Positions 20,998 through 31,389 of a DNA stretch of 64,000 bases are shown here, in pieces. Position 1 is the stretch's first letter. Each line of letters opens with the position of its first letter. The stretch is taken from assembly GCA_947084995.1 (NCBI GenBank), contig CAMTUX010000034.1, forward strand, positions 14,547 to 78,546. Reading direction: 5' to 3'. The position numbers and the translations under genes are program-made. The stretch comes from an uncultured Roseococcus sp. Its GTDB lineage: Bacteria; Pseudomonadota; Alphaproteobacteria; Acetobacterales; Acetobacteraceae. The notes beneath the pieces are model-generated. The model was given only the letters and a program-made list of their open reading frames with translations, was not told where the DNA came from and searched no databases.

Positions 20998-21260
20998 ATG
21001 ATCAGTTCGCCCAGCATGGGCTGCCCCCGGCCTCGGGCGCCGAATTCAAGCGCGAGCACGCGCAAACCCTGCCAGACCTCACCTTGTTCGATGACCAAAT
21101 GACCGAGGCGGGGGACAGCTTCACCCTGCCCCGCTGGGCAGGGCGCGATCCTCGCGCATGGGGATCATCATGCTGACGGCGGCGGCGGCGCCGTTCCGCA
21201 CGAAGTTGCTCGGCCCGGGCATGGCGCGCCGGGGCGAGGCGAAGTCGCGGCGCCTGAGCT
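20998..21260 (+). pseudogene. Response regulator receiver-domain relic
   Basis: LPDLTLFDDQM..GDSFTLPRW then, frameshifted, PRMGIIMLTAA. Confidence 0.5.
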
Positions 21261-21265
21261 GAAGC

Positions 21266-21294
21266 GGCTGGGGAGGGCGGTGCCCTCCCCAGCC
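21266..21294. terminator. Hairpin after htpG
   Basis: GGCTGGGGAGGGC-GGT-GCCCTCCCCAGCC 13-bp perfect stem. Confidence 0.6.
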
Positions 21295-21296
21295 AT

Positions 21297-23114
21297 TCAT
21301 GCGCCCGCCAGCGCGCTTGCCACGCGGCGGGCGAAATCGGCGGGGTCACGCGGGGCGTCGCCATCCTGCAGGCGCGCCAGGTCAAAGAGCAGCCCGGCCT
21401 GATCGGCCAGGGCCGCATCATCCATCTCGCCCCCGGCCAGCTTGCGGATCAGGGCATGGCGCGGATTGACCTCCAGCACCGGCAAGCCGCCCGGCAAGCC
21501 GCGGCCCGTACGGCGCAGCAGCCTTTGCATCGCCAGGTCCGGTCCATATTCGCCGGCCGCCAGCACGGCGGCACTCTCCACCAGCCGATCCGTCACGCGC
21601 ACCTCGGAGACATGCTCGGACAGCGCCGCCTTGAGGCGTTCCAGCAGGGCCGAGACATCGGGCGCGGCCTCGCCCTCCATGGCGTCAAGGCTGGCGGCAC
21701 CCTGGGTGATGCTGCGGATCGGCTTCCCCTCGAAGCTGCCCAGGCGCTCCGGCCAGAAGGCGTCAATCTGCTCAGAGAGCAGCAGCACCTCCAGCCCGCG
21801 CGCGCGATAGCCTTCCATCTGGGGGGAGTTGGCCAGGGCCGCCGCATCATCCCCCACCAGGATATGGATCGCCTCCTGGCCTTCCTTCATGCGGGACACG
21901 TATTCGGCGAGAGAGGTCCAGCCCTCGACCGCCGAGGAGCGGAAGCGCAGCAGCGCGGCCACGTCCTTCTGGTGCTCCCCCACCTCCCAGACGCCTTCCT
22001 TCAGCACCGAGCCGAAATTCTCCCAGAAGGCGGCATAGCCCCCGGCATCCTTGGCGCGGGTCTTGATCTCGGAGAGCACGCGGCCGGTCACGGCGCGGCG
22101 GATGCGGGCCAGTACCGGCGTGGCTTGCAGCATCTCGCGCGAGACATTGAGGGGCAGGTCCTCGGTGTCCACCACGCCATGGACGAAGCGCAGGAAGGGC
22201 GGCAGGAGTTCTGCCTCATCGGTGATGAACATGCGGCGCACATGCAGGCGCACACTGCTCTTGCGGTCTTCCTCGATGGCCTGGAAGGGCTTCATGCCGG
22301 GGATGAAGAGCAGCGCGGTGAAGTCCAGCGCGCCCTCGGCCCGCCAATGCAGCGTGGCCCAGGGCTTGTCGAAGACATGGCCGAGAGCGCGGTAGAAATC
22401 CGTGTAGCTTTCCTCGCTCACCTCGGATTTCGGCTTCTGCCACAGCGCCGTGCCGGCATTGGCGGATTCCTCCTTGCCCTCATTCATGACGAGGATGGGG
22501 ATGGCGATGTGGTCCGCCCATTTGCGGATGATGGTCTTCAGGCGCAACGGCTCCAGGAATTCCTCGGCATCGGCCTTCATGTGCAGCACGATGTCGGTGC
22601 CGGGCTCGGCGCGCTCGGTGGGTGCCAGGGTGTAATCGCCCTTGCCTTCCGAGGCCCAGAGCCAGGCTTCCTCGGTGCCCGCGCGGCGGGAGGTGACTTC
22701 CACCCGCTCGGCCACCATGAAGGCCGAGTAGAAGCCCACGCCGAACTGGCCGATCAGGCTCGGCTTCTCGGCGGCCGGCGCATTGGCCAGGGTCTGGGCG
22801 AAGGCGCGCGTGCCGGAGCGCGCGATGGTGCCCAGGTGCTGCGCCAACTCGGTCTTGCCCATGCCGATGCCGGCATCGGAGATGGTGAGCGTGCGGGCCG
22901 CCTTGTCGGGCGTGATGCGGAGATTTGCTTCGGCGGGAAGGCCGAGCGCCTCGTTGGTCAGTGCCTCGAAGCGGCGGCGATCCACGGCATCGGCCGCATT
23001 GGCGACCAACTCGCGGAGAAAGATCTCGCGCTCGGAATAAAGCGCATGCACCACCAGATCGAGCAGGCGCCCCACCTCCGCGCCGAATTCATGCCGTTCC
23101 ACCGTCTCGCTCAT
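21297..23114 (-). CDS. htpG: Hsp90 chaperone HtpG
   Basis: [39 protein letters not shown]. Confidence 0.96.
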   Translation of the reverse strand: MSETVERHEFGAEVGRLLDLVVHALYSEREIFLRELVANAADAVDRRRFEALTNEALGLPAEANLRITPDKAARTLTISDAGIGMGKTELAQHLGTIARSGTRAFAQTLANAPAAEKPSLIGQFGVGFYSAFMVAERVEVTSRRAGTEEAWLWASEGKGDYTLAPTERAEPGTDIVLHMKADAEEFLEPLRLKTIIRKWADHIAIPILVMNEGKEESANAGTALWQKPKSEVSEESYTDFYRALGHVFDKPWATLHWRAEGALDFTALLFIPGMKPFQAIEEDRKSSVRLHVRRMFITDEAELLPPFLRFVHGVVDTEDLPLNVSREMLQATPVLARIRRAVTGRVLSEIKTRAKDAGGYAAFWENFGSVLKEGVWEVGEHQKDVAALLRFRSSAVEGWTSLAEYVSRMKEGQEAIHILVGDDAAALANSPQMEGYRARGLEVLLLSEQIDAFWPERLGSFEGKPIRSITQGAASLDAMEGEAAPDVSALLERLKAALSEHVSEVRVTDRLVESAAVLAAGEYGPDLAMQRLLRRTGRGLPGGLPVLEVNPRHALIRKLAGGEMDDAALADQAGLLFDLARLQDGDAPRDPADFARRVASALAGA

Positions 23115-23148
23115 TTGCCTCTCCAGTCTGAAAATCGGGCCGCGCGCG

Positions 23149-23177
23149 ATATGCGGGGGCTGGGCGGTGCTTTCAAC
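23149..23177 (-). promoter_or_regulatory. Sigma32 (RpoH) promoter of htpG
   Basis: GTTGAAA-N14-CCGCATAT on the minus strand upstream of a heat-shock gene. Confidence 0.65.
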
Positions 23178-23239
23178 CTCCCAAGCTTGCACGGCCCCGC
23201 CGCCGGGACAAAGCCGCGCTCCATGACAGGAGGAAGCAG

Positions 23240-23420
23240 GCATGCGGCGATGGCACGGATGGCGGGCATCGAGGTCGCGCCGCACAACCCGACCGGGCCG
23301 ATCCGCCATGCCCGTTCCGTGCAGCCTTGCACCACGCTGCCTGCCACGCCGGGGCTGCGCCTGGCGCCCGACGAAGCGGGCGCGCGCGAGAACCCCTGGC
23401 GGGAGATGCGCGGCCCTGGC
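23240..23420 (+). pseudogene. Mandelate racemase/galactonate dehydratase family relic
   Basis: [20 protein letters not shown] segments fused by deletion. Confidence 0.5.
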
Positions 23421-23515
23421 TTGATCCCCGGCAGGGGTCGCGCATCGGGCAGGCGTTGCCGCCGGGCCGGGTTGCGCGGCACCATGCTCGCCCCAGTCAC
23501 TCCAGGAGAATTCCC

Positions 23516-23758
23516 TTGCGCCAGCTCGACCCCGATATCCGCCTCGCCGCGCTGGAAGCCGTGGTCTCCCGCCTGCTGGCGGCCGAGGCGCGCCAGACGC
23601 CCGACCCAGCCGGCATGCTCGATCAATTCGCCGGGCGCATGCGGCGCGAGGCCGAAAGCCACCCGATGGCAAGCGATGACCCGCGCGACCGCCTGGCCCT
23701 GGCCGCCGCGCTGCTGCAACTCGTGGCACTCGCCAAGGAAAAGCTGATCACGGAATAG
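23516..23758 (+). CDS. Small hypothetical protein
   Basis: TTG start after AGGAG; 80 aa, helical-looking, host-like codon usage. Confidence 0.65.
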   Translation: MRQLDPDIRLAALEAVVSRLLAAEARQTPDPAGMLDQFAGRMRREAESHPMASDDPRDRLALAAALLQLVALAKEKLITE

Positions 23759-23765
23759 CCGCGCC

Positions 23766-24620
23766 TCAGCGCGCGCGGGCAATCAGCCGCCGCGCGCGCT
23801 CCACCACCGGCAGGTCGATCATCGCGCCCTCGAAGGCAACCGCCCCCTGCCCTTCGCCCAGCGCCGAATCGAAAGCCGCGATGAGGCGCCTCGCGCGCTC
23901 CACCTCGGCGGGCGCGGGGCCGTATTCCTCGTTGATGATGGGCACCTGCGCCGGATGGATGCAGGCCGCGCAGCCAAAGCCCAGGCGGCGCGAGCGTTGC
24001 AGCGAGGCACGATAGGCGCCGAGATCGGAGAAATCCGCGAAGGCGCCGATCGAGCCCATGGGCAGGATGCCAGCGCCCCGCGCGGCAGCGACGGCCATCA
24101 TGCCGAAGACATACAGTGCATCCGCGCCCGGCACGGCTTCCAGTTCGGTGCTGAGATCCTCGGTGCCGAGGCCGAGAGCCGCCATGCGCGGATCAGCGCT
24201 GGCGATGGCGGTCAGTGCCGGCAGCGCCTGGGGCGTCTCCACCACGCCGATGAAGCGCGTATGGCCGATGCGAAGGCCCAGTGCGGCCTCGCGCGCGGCC
24301 ACCACCTCGGAAAGCAGCTTCACATGCTCGGGGCCCATCAGCTTGGGGAGCATGAGCACGCTCACCTCCGGCATGACGGCGGCGGCGATGTCAGGGATGC
24401 TGAGTTCCAGCGCGCGGTTGATCCGCACGCAGATATCCGCGCCGCCCTGGCCGGCGATTTTCGCGGCCTCGGGTAGGGCCGCGCGCGCGGCCTGCTGGGC
24501 GGGCGGCGGGATGCTGTCCTCCAAATCGAGGATGATGACATCCGCGCCGCGCAGATGGGCGCGGGCGACGAATTTCTCCGCCGTGGCGGGCACGAACAGA
24601 AGCGAGCGCCAGTTCACCAT
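23766..24620 (-). CDS. CitE/HpcH-family acyl-CoA lyase (citramalyl-CoA lyase-like)
   Basis: RSLLFVP, LDLEDS, VRIN, GTEDL, IHPAQ. Confidence 0.9.
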   Translation of the reverse strand: MVNWRSLLFVPATAEKFVARAHLRGADVIILDLEDSIPPPAQQAARAALPEAAKIAGQGGADICVRINRALELSIPDIAAAVMPEVSVLMLPKLMGPEHVKLLSEVVAAREAALGLRIGHTRFIGVVETPQALPALTAIASADPRMAALGLGTEDLSTELEAVPGADALYVFGMMAVAAARGAGILPMGSIGAFADFSDLGAYRASLQRSRRLGFGCAACIHPAQVPIINEEYGPAPAEVERARRLIAAFDSALGEGQGAVAFEGAMIDLPVVERARRLIARAR

Positions 24621-25822
24621 CACGAAACCCCCTCAAAGGCCGCGCCGCTTTCAAGCATCGCGGCGATGGCCGCCTCATCATGACCGAGTTCGCGCAGCAC
24701 ATCGCGCGTGTGGCAGCCGAGTTGCGGCGCAGGCAGCACCTCCTCGCGCATGCCGCCGCTGAAGCGGTTGGGCACGCTGGTGCGGCGGATGCGGCCTTCG
24801 GTCGGGTGCTCGTCGAAATGCCAGAAGCCGACATCCTGGAGGTGCGGATCCTCCAGCAAATCATCAATCTCGTTATAGGGGCCGGCGGGGACATCGGCCT
24901 TGGTGAAGATCTCCAGCCATTCGGCGGTGCTCCTGGTCGCCAGCGCTTCCACCTGCACGCGGAAATAATCGGGCGCGTTCTGGGTGCGGGTCAGGGCAGT
25001 GCGGAAGCGGGGGTCGTCCTTCAGTTCGGGCCGACCGATGGCGTCGAAGAAGGAAAAGGCCTGGCGGTTATTGTTGGGCCGCACCGTCAGATAGCCATCC
25101 AGCGTCGGCAGCGGGCGGTAATCGGGCGAGAGCAGGCGCGCATCGCCCGAGGGCCCCTCGGGCGGGTCGAAGGTGGCGGCGCCCAGATGCTCGCTCATCA
25201 CGAAGGATGCCATGTTCTCGAACATCGGCACCTCGATCGCTTCGCCCAAGCCGGTCTTTTCGCGGCGATACAGCGCGAAGCCGACCGATTGCGCGGCGAT
25301 CAGCCCCGTCGTGTGGTCGGTCATCACCATCGGCACGAAGCGCGGCTCGCCCGTCGCGCGATGGAAGGTGCCCGCCACGCCGGAAAGCGACTGGATGATG
25401 GGGTCATAGGCGGGGCGGTTATAATAGCGCCCGCCGCGGCCGAAGGCGACGATGCCGCAATGGATCAGCCGCGGATTGATGGCGGAGAGCGAAGCGAAAT
25501 CCAGCCCCGCGCGCTCCAGCCCCTGCGGCCGCACATTGGTCACGAAGACATCGGCGCGGGCGATCAGCGCCTTCATGGCGGCCAGGCCCTCGGGCTGCTT
25601 GATGTCGAGGCCGATGCTGCGCTTGTTGCGGTTGAAGTTGATGAACTTGCCGCTCATCGCGGGCGTCCGGCTGCCAGCGGCCAGGAAGCGCAGGATGTCG
25701 CCGCCCGGCGCCTCCACCTTGATCACCTCGGCACCCTGGTCGGCGAGTGTCCGGGTCGCGATGGGACCGACCACCACGGTGGTGAGGTCCACCACCTTCA
25801 CGCCATCGAGAGGCCCGCTCAT
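24620..25822 (-). CDS. Class III CoA transferase (CaiB/BaiF)
   Basis: GPLDGVKVVDL, GAEVIKVE, NRNKRSI, APQLG.HT. Confidence 0.92.
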   Translation of the reverse strand: MSGPLDGVKVVDLTTVVVGPIATRTLADQGAEVIKVEAPGGDILRFLAAGSRTPAMSGKFINFNRNKRSIGLDIKQPEGLAAMKALIARADVFVTNVRPQGLERAGLDFASLSAINPRLIHCGIVAFGRGGRYYNRPAYDPIIQSLSGVAGTFHRATGEPRFVPMVMTDHTTGLIAAQSVGFALYRREKTGLGEAIEVPMFENMASFVMSEHLGAATFDPPEGPSGDARLLSPDYRPLPTLDGYLTVRPNNNRQAFSFFDAIGRPELKDDPRFRTALTRTQNAPDYFRVQVEALATRSTAEWLEIFTKADVPAGPYNEIDDLLEDPHLQDVGFWHFDEHPTEGRIRRTSVPNRFSGGMREEVLPAPQLGCHTRDVLRELGHDEAAIAAMLESGAAFEGVS

Positions 25823-26685
25823 GCGAATTCCAGTTCCATCTCGGCGCAGAGTTTTCCGTCGGCATCGGCGGCCCAGGCGCGCATGCGGCCATCCTGCACG
25901 GCGCTGCCCGCCAGCGTGATCCGCGCGCCCACATGGATGGGCCGCGTCAGCCGCGCGGTGTAGCCCGTCAGGCGATGGCCCGGCGTGGCCTCCACCGCCG
26001 CATCCAGCAGCAATTGCATGGTCAGCCCGCCATTCTGCACCAGGGCGGGATAACCTTCCTCGGCGCGCGCGTAATCCGCGTCGTAATGGATGCGATGCGC
26101 GTTCCAGGTCACGGCGGAATAGCGAAACACCAGCGCGTTGGAGAGCCGCGCCGCGCGGTGCCACACCGCGTCGGTCGGTGCCGGCGTGCCGGGATTGACC
26201 GGGGATGGCGCACCCGGCGCCACTGCCTCGCGGTAGATCGCATCGAACTCATCCACGGCGATAAGCCTGCCGCCCACTTCGTAGCTGTGGCGCATGGTCA
26301 GCACGCAGATGGTGCCGGTGCGCGCCTGCTTGGGCTCGATGGCAGCGACCTCGGTGCGCTTCACCAAAGCGTCGCCCACGCGCAACGCGCCGGGAAGCCG
26401 CACGCGGCGGCCCGCCCCCATGCGGCGCGGCAGCGGAATGGGTGGCAGGGTCACGCCCGGATTGGGGTGGCCATCCACGCCGATATCACCCTGCCGCGCG
26501 CTCTCCTGCGCAAAGAGCGAGACCCAATGCGTCGGCAACACGGCGCCGCGCGGGAAGCCGTCCGGCTCCAGGTCGAGCATGGCGGCGATGCGACGCAGCA
26601 TGCTGGGCGAGACGTCATCCTCGATGACGCGCACCTGGCCCAGCCAATCCTGTCGCACTTGCTCGATTGCGGTGGCGAAATCCAT
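25819..26685 (-). CDS. Double hot-dog (FAS1/MaoC-like) acyl-CoA hydratase, mesaconyl/itaconyl-CoA hydratase-like
   Basis: DGHP, LPRRM.AG, FRYSAVTWNAHRIHYD..YA..EGYP. Confidence 0.85.
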   Translation of the reverse strand: MDFATAIEQVRQDWLGQVRVIEDDVSPSMLRRIAAMLDLEPDGFPRGAVLPTHWVSLFAQESARQGDIGVDGHPNPGVTLPPIPLPRRMGAGRRVRLPGALRVGDALVKRTEVAAIEPKQARTGTICVLTMRHSYEVGGRLIAVDEFDAIYREAVAPGAPSPVNPGTPAPTDAVWHRAARLSNALVFRYSAVTWNAHRIHYDADYARAEEGYPALVQNGGLTMQLLLDAAVEATPGHRLTGYTARLTRPIHVGARITLAGSAVQDGRMRAWAADADGKLCAEMELEFA

Positions 26686-26695
26686 TCGGATGGTC

Positions 26696-26855
26696 CTATT
26701 CGGCGACGAGGTTGAGGCGGCGGATCAAGGGCGCCCATTGGTCATGCGCGCTCCGGATGGTGCGCCGGAAATCATCCGGCGTATTGGGCGGCGCGCGCCA
26801 GGCTGGGTGCGGCAAGCGTGCCGAGCAGCACGGCGCGGCGTGTGGTGATGGCCAT
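26696..26855 (-). pseudogene. Bug/TctC solute-binding protein relic (signal peptide joined to last helix)
   Basis: MAITTRRAVLLGTLAAPSLARA followed within ~30 nt by IRSAHDQWAPLIRRLNLVAE*. Confidence 0.6.
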
Positions 26856-26980
26856 GCGGCTTCCCCCGGATTTGTTTTGCCGCATTCTTTCCCTGAACGG
26901 CGCGAGGGTCAAAGCCTCCCTCCCCTGGTCAATCAGCGCGGCGCGTCCCAGGCTGGCACGAAGCCGCAAGGAGAAATCGC

Positions 26981-27095
26981 ATGGCACGCCTGCCCTATCT
27001 CAACCCCGAGGATCTGGCCGAGGCGGATCGCCCGCTGCTCAAGCGGATGATCACGCTGCATCGCTGCCTGGTGAACAGCCCCGGCGCCAGGGCTT
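26981..27095 (+). pseudogene. Carboxymuconolactone decarboxylase family N-terminal relic
   Basis: AGGAG RBS, MARLPYLNPEDLAEADRPLLKRMITLHRCLVNSPGA, then abrupt junction. Confidence 0.55.
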
Positions 27096-27300
27096 CGGAT
27101 GCGGCATAGGGCACCAGAAGATCATCGCGCGAAGCGGCGATCAGGCTGGGCGCCGTGATCCGCGGCAGATCCGCCCGCGCATCGAAGCCGCGCAGCGCGC
27201 CGGGCGAATCTGCCGGGATCACGGGGGCGAAGGGCATGGCGGTTTCCTATTCGGGAGATTGACCGATGGCGCCGCAGAAATCCGCGACGGTGGATGTGGC
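27085..27300 (-). pseudogene. Collapsed rutB/rutC/rutD-like relic
   Basis: STVADFCGAIGQSPE* then MPFAPVIPADSP fused to FDARADLPRITAPSLIAASRDDLLVPY. Confidence 0.45.
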
Positions 27301-27515
27301 GCGGCCAGCCGCCATGCCGGGCGCTGATATGGCGCCAATCGCCGCCCTGCCTTACACAAGGGCAATCTTGCGGGCAGTTGCCGGGTGGGCGGGCGGACCG
27401 CGTCCGGAGGCCCGCCGAAGCACCGCCTTCATCGTTGCCACCGCCCCGCATCGGTCGGCACTTTCATGCATCGGACGGGGGCAGGCTGGACGCCCCGTCG
27501 CAAAGGAGTTTCCGG

Positions 27516-28556
27516 ATGGATTTCAGCCTCTCACGCCGTGCCGCATTGGCCGCGCCGCTGGCCCTCGCCGCCCCCCTCGCCGCCCCCCATGTCGCCAATG
27601 CCCAGGCGCGGCCCACCGTGCGCTTCGCCTTCGACTGGATCCTGAACGGCCCCTACGCCTTCGGCATCGCGGGCGACCGCCAGGGCTTCTTCCGCGAGGC
27701 CGGCGTGGACATCACCATCACCCGCGGCTTCGGCTCGGCCCGCGTGCCACTCGACATGTCCGCCGGCAGCTTCGACATGGCGATGGCCGACCCGACGCCG
27801 GTGCTGCGCTTCATGTCGCAAAACCCGAATAACAACCTGATCGCCGTGGCCCTGCTCTGGGACCAGGCGCCGACGGCGGTGACGGTGCGCGCCGATGGGC
27901 CGATCACCAGCATCTCGATGCTCGCGGGCCGCACGCTGGCCGCGCCCGAATTCGATGCCGGGCGGCAGGTTTTTCCGGCCTTCGCCGCCGTGAACAACAT
28001 CCCCTTCTCCTCCGTCAACTGGATGTCCGTGGCGCCCGAATTGCGCGAGCCGATGCTGGTGCAGCGCCGCGCCGATGGCATTACCGGCTTCGTCACCTCC
28101 ACCGCGCTCTCGCTGCGCGCGCTGGGGATGGACCTGCCGGCCCAGCGCATCTTCCGCTATCGCGAGCATGGGCTGGATTTCTTCTATGGTTCGGTGCTGC
28201 TCACCACCCGCACCTATATGGAGCGCAACCCCGATGCGGTGCGCGCCGTGACGCATGGCATGCTGCGCTCGCTGCGCTGGTCCTTCGTCAATCGCGGCGC
28301 GGCGATCGAGGCGCTGCGCGCGCGTGAGGCGCTGACCGATGTCGCCATCGAGACCATCCGCCAGGACATGGCGATGGCCGAACTGGTGGACAGCCCGAAT
28401 ATCCGCCGCCTCGGCCTGGGGCTGATCGAGGCGCCGCGCTTGCAGCGGCAGATCGAGGCGGTGAAGCTGGTCTACAATCTGGGCGACATGCCGACGCCGG
28501 AGCGGTTCTTCACCGATCGCTTCCTGCCGGCGGCGGCTGAGCGCCGGTTGGCGTAA
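27516..28556 (+). CDS. NMT1/THI5-type ABC substrate-binding protein
   Basis: Tat-like SRRAAL leader, DW..NGP, GFFREAGVDITI.RGFGS; AAGGAG RBS. Confidence 0.85.
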   Translation: MDFSLSRRAALAAPLALAAPLAAPHVANAQARPTVRFAFDWILNGPYAFGIAGDRQGFFREAGVDITITRGFGSARVPLDMSAGSFDMAMADPTPVLRFMSQNPNNNLIAVALLWDQAPTAVTVRADGPITSISMLAGRTLAAPEFDAGRQVFPAFAAVNNIPFSSVNWMSVAPELREPMLVQRRADGITGFVTSTALSLRALGMDLPAQRIFRYREHGLDFFYGSVLLTTRTYMERNPDAVRAVTHGMLRSLRWSFVNRGAAIEALRAREALTDVAIETIRQDMAMAELVDSPNIRRLGLGLIEAPRLQRQIEAVKLVYNLGDMPTPERFFTDRFLPAAAERRLA

Positions 28557-28560
28557 AGGA

Positions 28561-28603
28561 TCCAGGGCTCTGCCCTGGACCCGCTGGGGCCGAAAGGCCC
28601 CAG
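28561..28603. repeat. Twin-hairpin REP-like element
   Basis: TCCAGGGC-TCT-GCCCTGGA and CTGGGGCC-GAAA-GGCCCCAG. Confidence 0.6.
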
Positions 28604-28609
28604 ACCCCA

Positions 28610-28760
28610 TCGGTCCGCGCGGATGCCTGCCATGCGGACCAGATCGCCGGGGCGGCGCACTTCCTCGGCGATGAAGTCTCCGAATACAGCGCCGGGCATG
28701 GTGCGGGGCTGGCTGCCGCTGGCGGTGATGCGCGCGGCCATCGGCCAGCATCGCCGCCGC
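28610..28760 (-). pseudogene. Bug/TctC C-terminal relic
   Basis: FGDFIAEEVRRPGDLVRMAGIRAD resembles the terminal helix of Bug proteins. Confidence 0.45.
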
Positions 28761-28780
28761 GTAGCGCCGAGGCTCTGGCG

Positions 28781-29962
28781 CTACAGCCCCGCCCGCTCCA
28801 GCCGCAGCACGGAGCGCGCCAGTGCCTGGGCGCGCGGCACGAGGGAAGCCACTTCCAGATACTCCTCCGGGCTATGCGCGAGGCCCCCCACCGGCCCCAC
28901 GGCGCAAATCGTGGGCGCGCCTTGCGCCGCGGTGAAGCCGCTATCCGCGCAGCCGCCCGAGAATTCGCCCACCACCGCAAGCCCCGCATCGGCAGCGGCG
29001 CCCTTGTAGAGGTCGAACAGCTTCGCCGCCGCCGCATCCTGGGTCAGGGGCAGGAACTCGCCCTTGATGGTCAGCTTCGCCTTGGTGCCGGGCACATGGC
29101 TGGTCGCGATGATCTCATGCAGCTTGGCCACGATCTCGTCCCGATCGGCCGGATTGACATAGCGCAGATCAATCTGCCCCGTGGCGGAGGGTGCCACCGT
29201 GTTCACGCTCTGCCCGCCCGAGATGAGGCCCACATTCAGCGTGATGCCGCGCTCCAGGTCGGTCAGCGCATGGATCGCCACCACCTTGTGCGCGAGCTCG
29301 CCGATGGCCGAGATGCCGGCGGTGAAATTGCCCCCCGAATGCGCGGCCTTGCCCTCGATCTCGAACACCGAGAAGACACCGCCCTTGCGCCCCGTCACCA
29401 CGCCACCCGAAGGCCGGCCAGGCTCGGAGTTGAACACCACGCGGGCGCCGCGGGCTTCCTCCTCGATCACCGCGCGGCCCTCGGGGCTGCCGATTTCCTC
29501 ATCCCCGGTGAACAGCCCGACCATGGGGCCAGGCGCGCCACCGAATTTCTTGAAGGCGGCGAGGACGAACATGTTCATCACCAGGCCGGCCTTCATGTCG
29601 GCGACACCCGGCCCATAGGCGCGGCCATCGCGGACGGCGAAGGGGCGGCGCTCCGGCTCGCCCTTGGGGAAGACGGTGTCACGATGGCCCATCAGCACGA
29701 TGTTCTGCGCGTGGTTGCCGCGCGCGCGCGAAGCGCCTTCATGCGGCAGGATGGCGCGGATGCAATCACCGAATTTCTCGCCGCGCACCGTCTCCACCAT
29801 CAGGCCGTGGCTCTCGCAGAAATTCTTCACGATGGCGCCCACGGCATCGACGCCCGCCTTGTCGTAGCTGCCGCCATCGGTGTTCACCATGGCCTGGAGC
29901 GCATCCAGCATGGGCTGCTGCTGCGTGGCGAGCCAATTGGCGATGTCGGTTTCGGTGGTCAT
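28781..29962 (-). CDS. M20 metallopeptidase (glutamate carboxypeptidase-like)
   Basis: GHRDTVF, GPGVADMKAG, DEEIGS, GKAAHSG, HSPEE. Confidence 0.9.
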   Translation of the reverse strand: MTTETDIANWLATQQQPMLDALQAMVNTDGGSYDKAGVDAVGAIVKNFCESHGLMVETVRGEKFGDCIRAILPHEGASRARGNHAQNIVLMGHRDTVFPKGEPERRPFAVRDGRAYGPGVADMKAGLVMNMFVLAAFKKFGGAPGPMVGLFTGDEEIGSPEGRAVIEEEARGARVVFNSEPGRPSGGVVTGRKGGVFSVFEIEGKAAHSGGNFTAGISAIGELAHKVVAIHALTDLERGITLNVGLISGGQSVNTVAPSATGQIDLRYVNPADRDEIVAKLHEIIATSHVPGTKAKLTIKGEFLPLTQDAAAAKLFDLYKGAAADAGLAVVGEFSGGCADSGFTAAQGAPTICAVGPVGGLAHSPEEYLEVASLVPRAQALARSVLRLERAGL

Positions 29963-30129
29963 GCGTGGCGCTCCGATGCGGTGGTTTGACGACAGGCGAG
30001 CATGCGAAGCGCCTCGCCGCAACCGGGTGACAATGCGCTCCAAGGGTGCCCCCTGGAATTTTCCGCGCCCGACTTGACCGGACAAATTTCACCCCCGCAA
30101 ACTGTCAACAGAATTCAACCGAGGAAACC

Positions 30130-31341
30130 ATGCCCGATACCCCCAAGGTCATGCCGCTCGACGGCATCCGCGTGATTGATGTCTCCAGCTTCCTGGCCGG
30201 CCCCTTCTGCTCGACGCAACTGGCCGAATTCGGCGCCGATGTGATCAAGCTGGAACTCCCCATCATGGGCGATCCGTTGCGGAAATTCGGCACCGTGACG
30301 GAATGCGGCGAGACGCTGCCCTGGCTGTCTGAATGCCGCAACAAGCGCTCCGCCACGCTCGATCTCCGCAAGCCCGATGGGGCGGCGCTGCTGAAGCGCA
30401 TGGTGGCCGAGGCCGATATCATGGTGGAGAATTTCCAGCCCGGCACGCTGGAGAAATGGGGCCTGGGCTGGGACGTGCTGAGGGAGATCAATCCCCGCCT
30501 CATCATGGTCCGCATCTCGGGTTATGGGCAGACCGGCCCCTATAGCGGCCGCCCAGGATTTGGCCGTATCGGCAATGCCTTTGGCGGGCTGTCCTACCTC
30601 GCGGGATACCCCGATCGCCCGCCGGTGACGCCGGGTTCGGCCACCATCCCCGATTATCTCGCCGGCCTCTATGGCGCGCTCGGCGCCTTACTGGCCATCC
30701 AGGCGCGGGAGAAGACGGGGCGCGGCCAGGTGGTGGATATCGGCCTCTACGAGCCGATCTTCCGCATCCTGGATGAGCTTGCCCCCTCCTTCCATCTCAA
30801 TGGCTACGTCCGTGAGCGCATGGGGCCGGGCACCGTCAATGTCGTGCCGCACAGCCACTACCCGACGAAGGACAAGCGCTGGATCGCCATCGCCTGCACC
30901 AGCGACAAGATCTTCGCCCGATTGGCCGGCACCATGGGCGTTCCAGAATGGGCCGATGAGGGCAAATGGGGCAAAATCAAGCAGCGCGAGGCGGCGCGCG
31001 GCGAGGTGGATGCCTATGTCAGCCACTGGACCAGCCAATACACGCGCGACGAATTGATGACGATCTGCGAGCGCGAGCAGGTGCCCTGCGGCCCGGTCTA
31101 TTCCATCGAGGAAATCTTCCAGGACCCGCAATACAAGCACCGCGAGAATATCCTGATGATGCAGGACCCCCGCGTGGGCGAACTCGCCATCCCCAACCTC
31201 GTCCCGCGCCTGACCGACACACCGGGGAAGGTGAAATGGCTTGGCCCCGCCATGGGCGAGCATAATGACGAGATCTACCGGGACTGGATGAAGCTGGACC
31301 AGGCGGAGATTGACCGGCTGACCAGGCTCGAAGTCATCTGA
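30130..31341 (+). CDS. Class III CoA transferase (CaiB/BaiF)
   Basis: PLDGIRVID, AGPF, RNKRS, ENFQPG, SGYGQTGP. Confidence 0.92.
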   Translation: MPDTPKVMPLDGIRVIDVSSFLAGPFCSTQLAEFGADVIKLELPIMGDPLRKFGTVTECGETLPWLSECRNKRSATLDLRKPDGAALLKRMVAEADIMVENFQPGTLEKWGLGWDVLREINPRLIMVRISGYGQTGPYSGRPGFGRIGNAFGGLSYLAGYPDRPPVTPGSATIPDYLAGLYGALGALLAIQAREKTGRGQVVDIGLYEPIFRILDELAPSFHLNGYVRERMGPGTVNVVPHSHYPTKDKRWIAIACTSDKIFARLAGTMGVPEWADEGKWGKIKQREAARGEVDAYVSHWTSQYTRDELMTICEREQVPCGPVYSIEEIFQDPQYKHRENILMMQDPRVGELAIPNLVPRLTDTPGKVKWLGPAMGEHNDEIYRDWMKLDQAEIDRLTRLEVI

Positions 31342-31389
31342 GTGCTCGACGCCTGGACCTTGCCGCCACGCGCCTGCCTGCCCGAGACG

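Noticed and set aside
26950-26970. Sigma54-like TGGCAC..GC
   Set aside because: GG-to-GC spacing is 9 rather than the required 10 nt.
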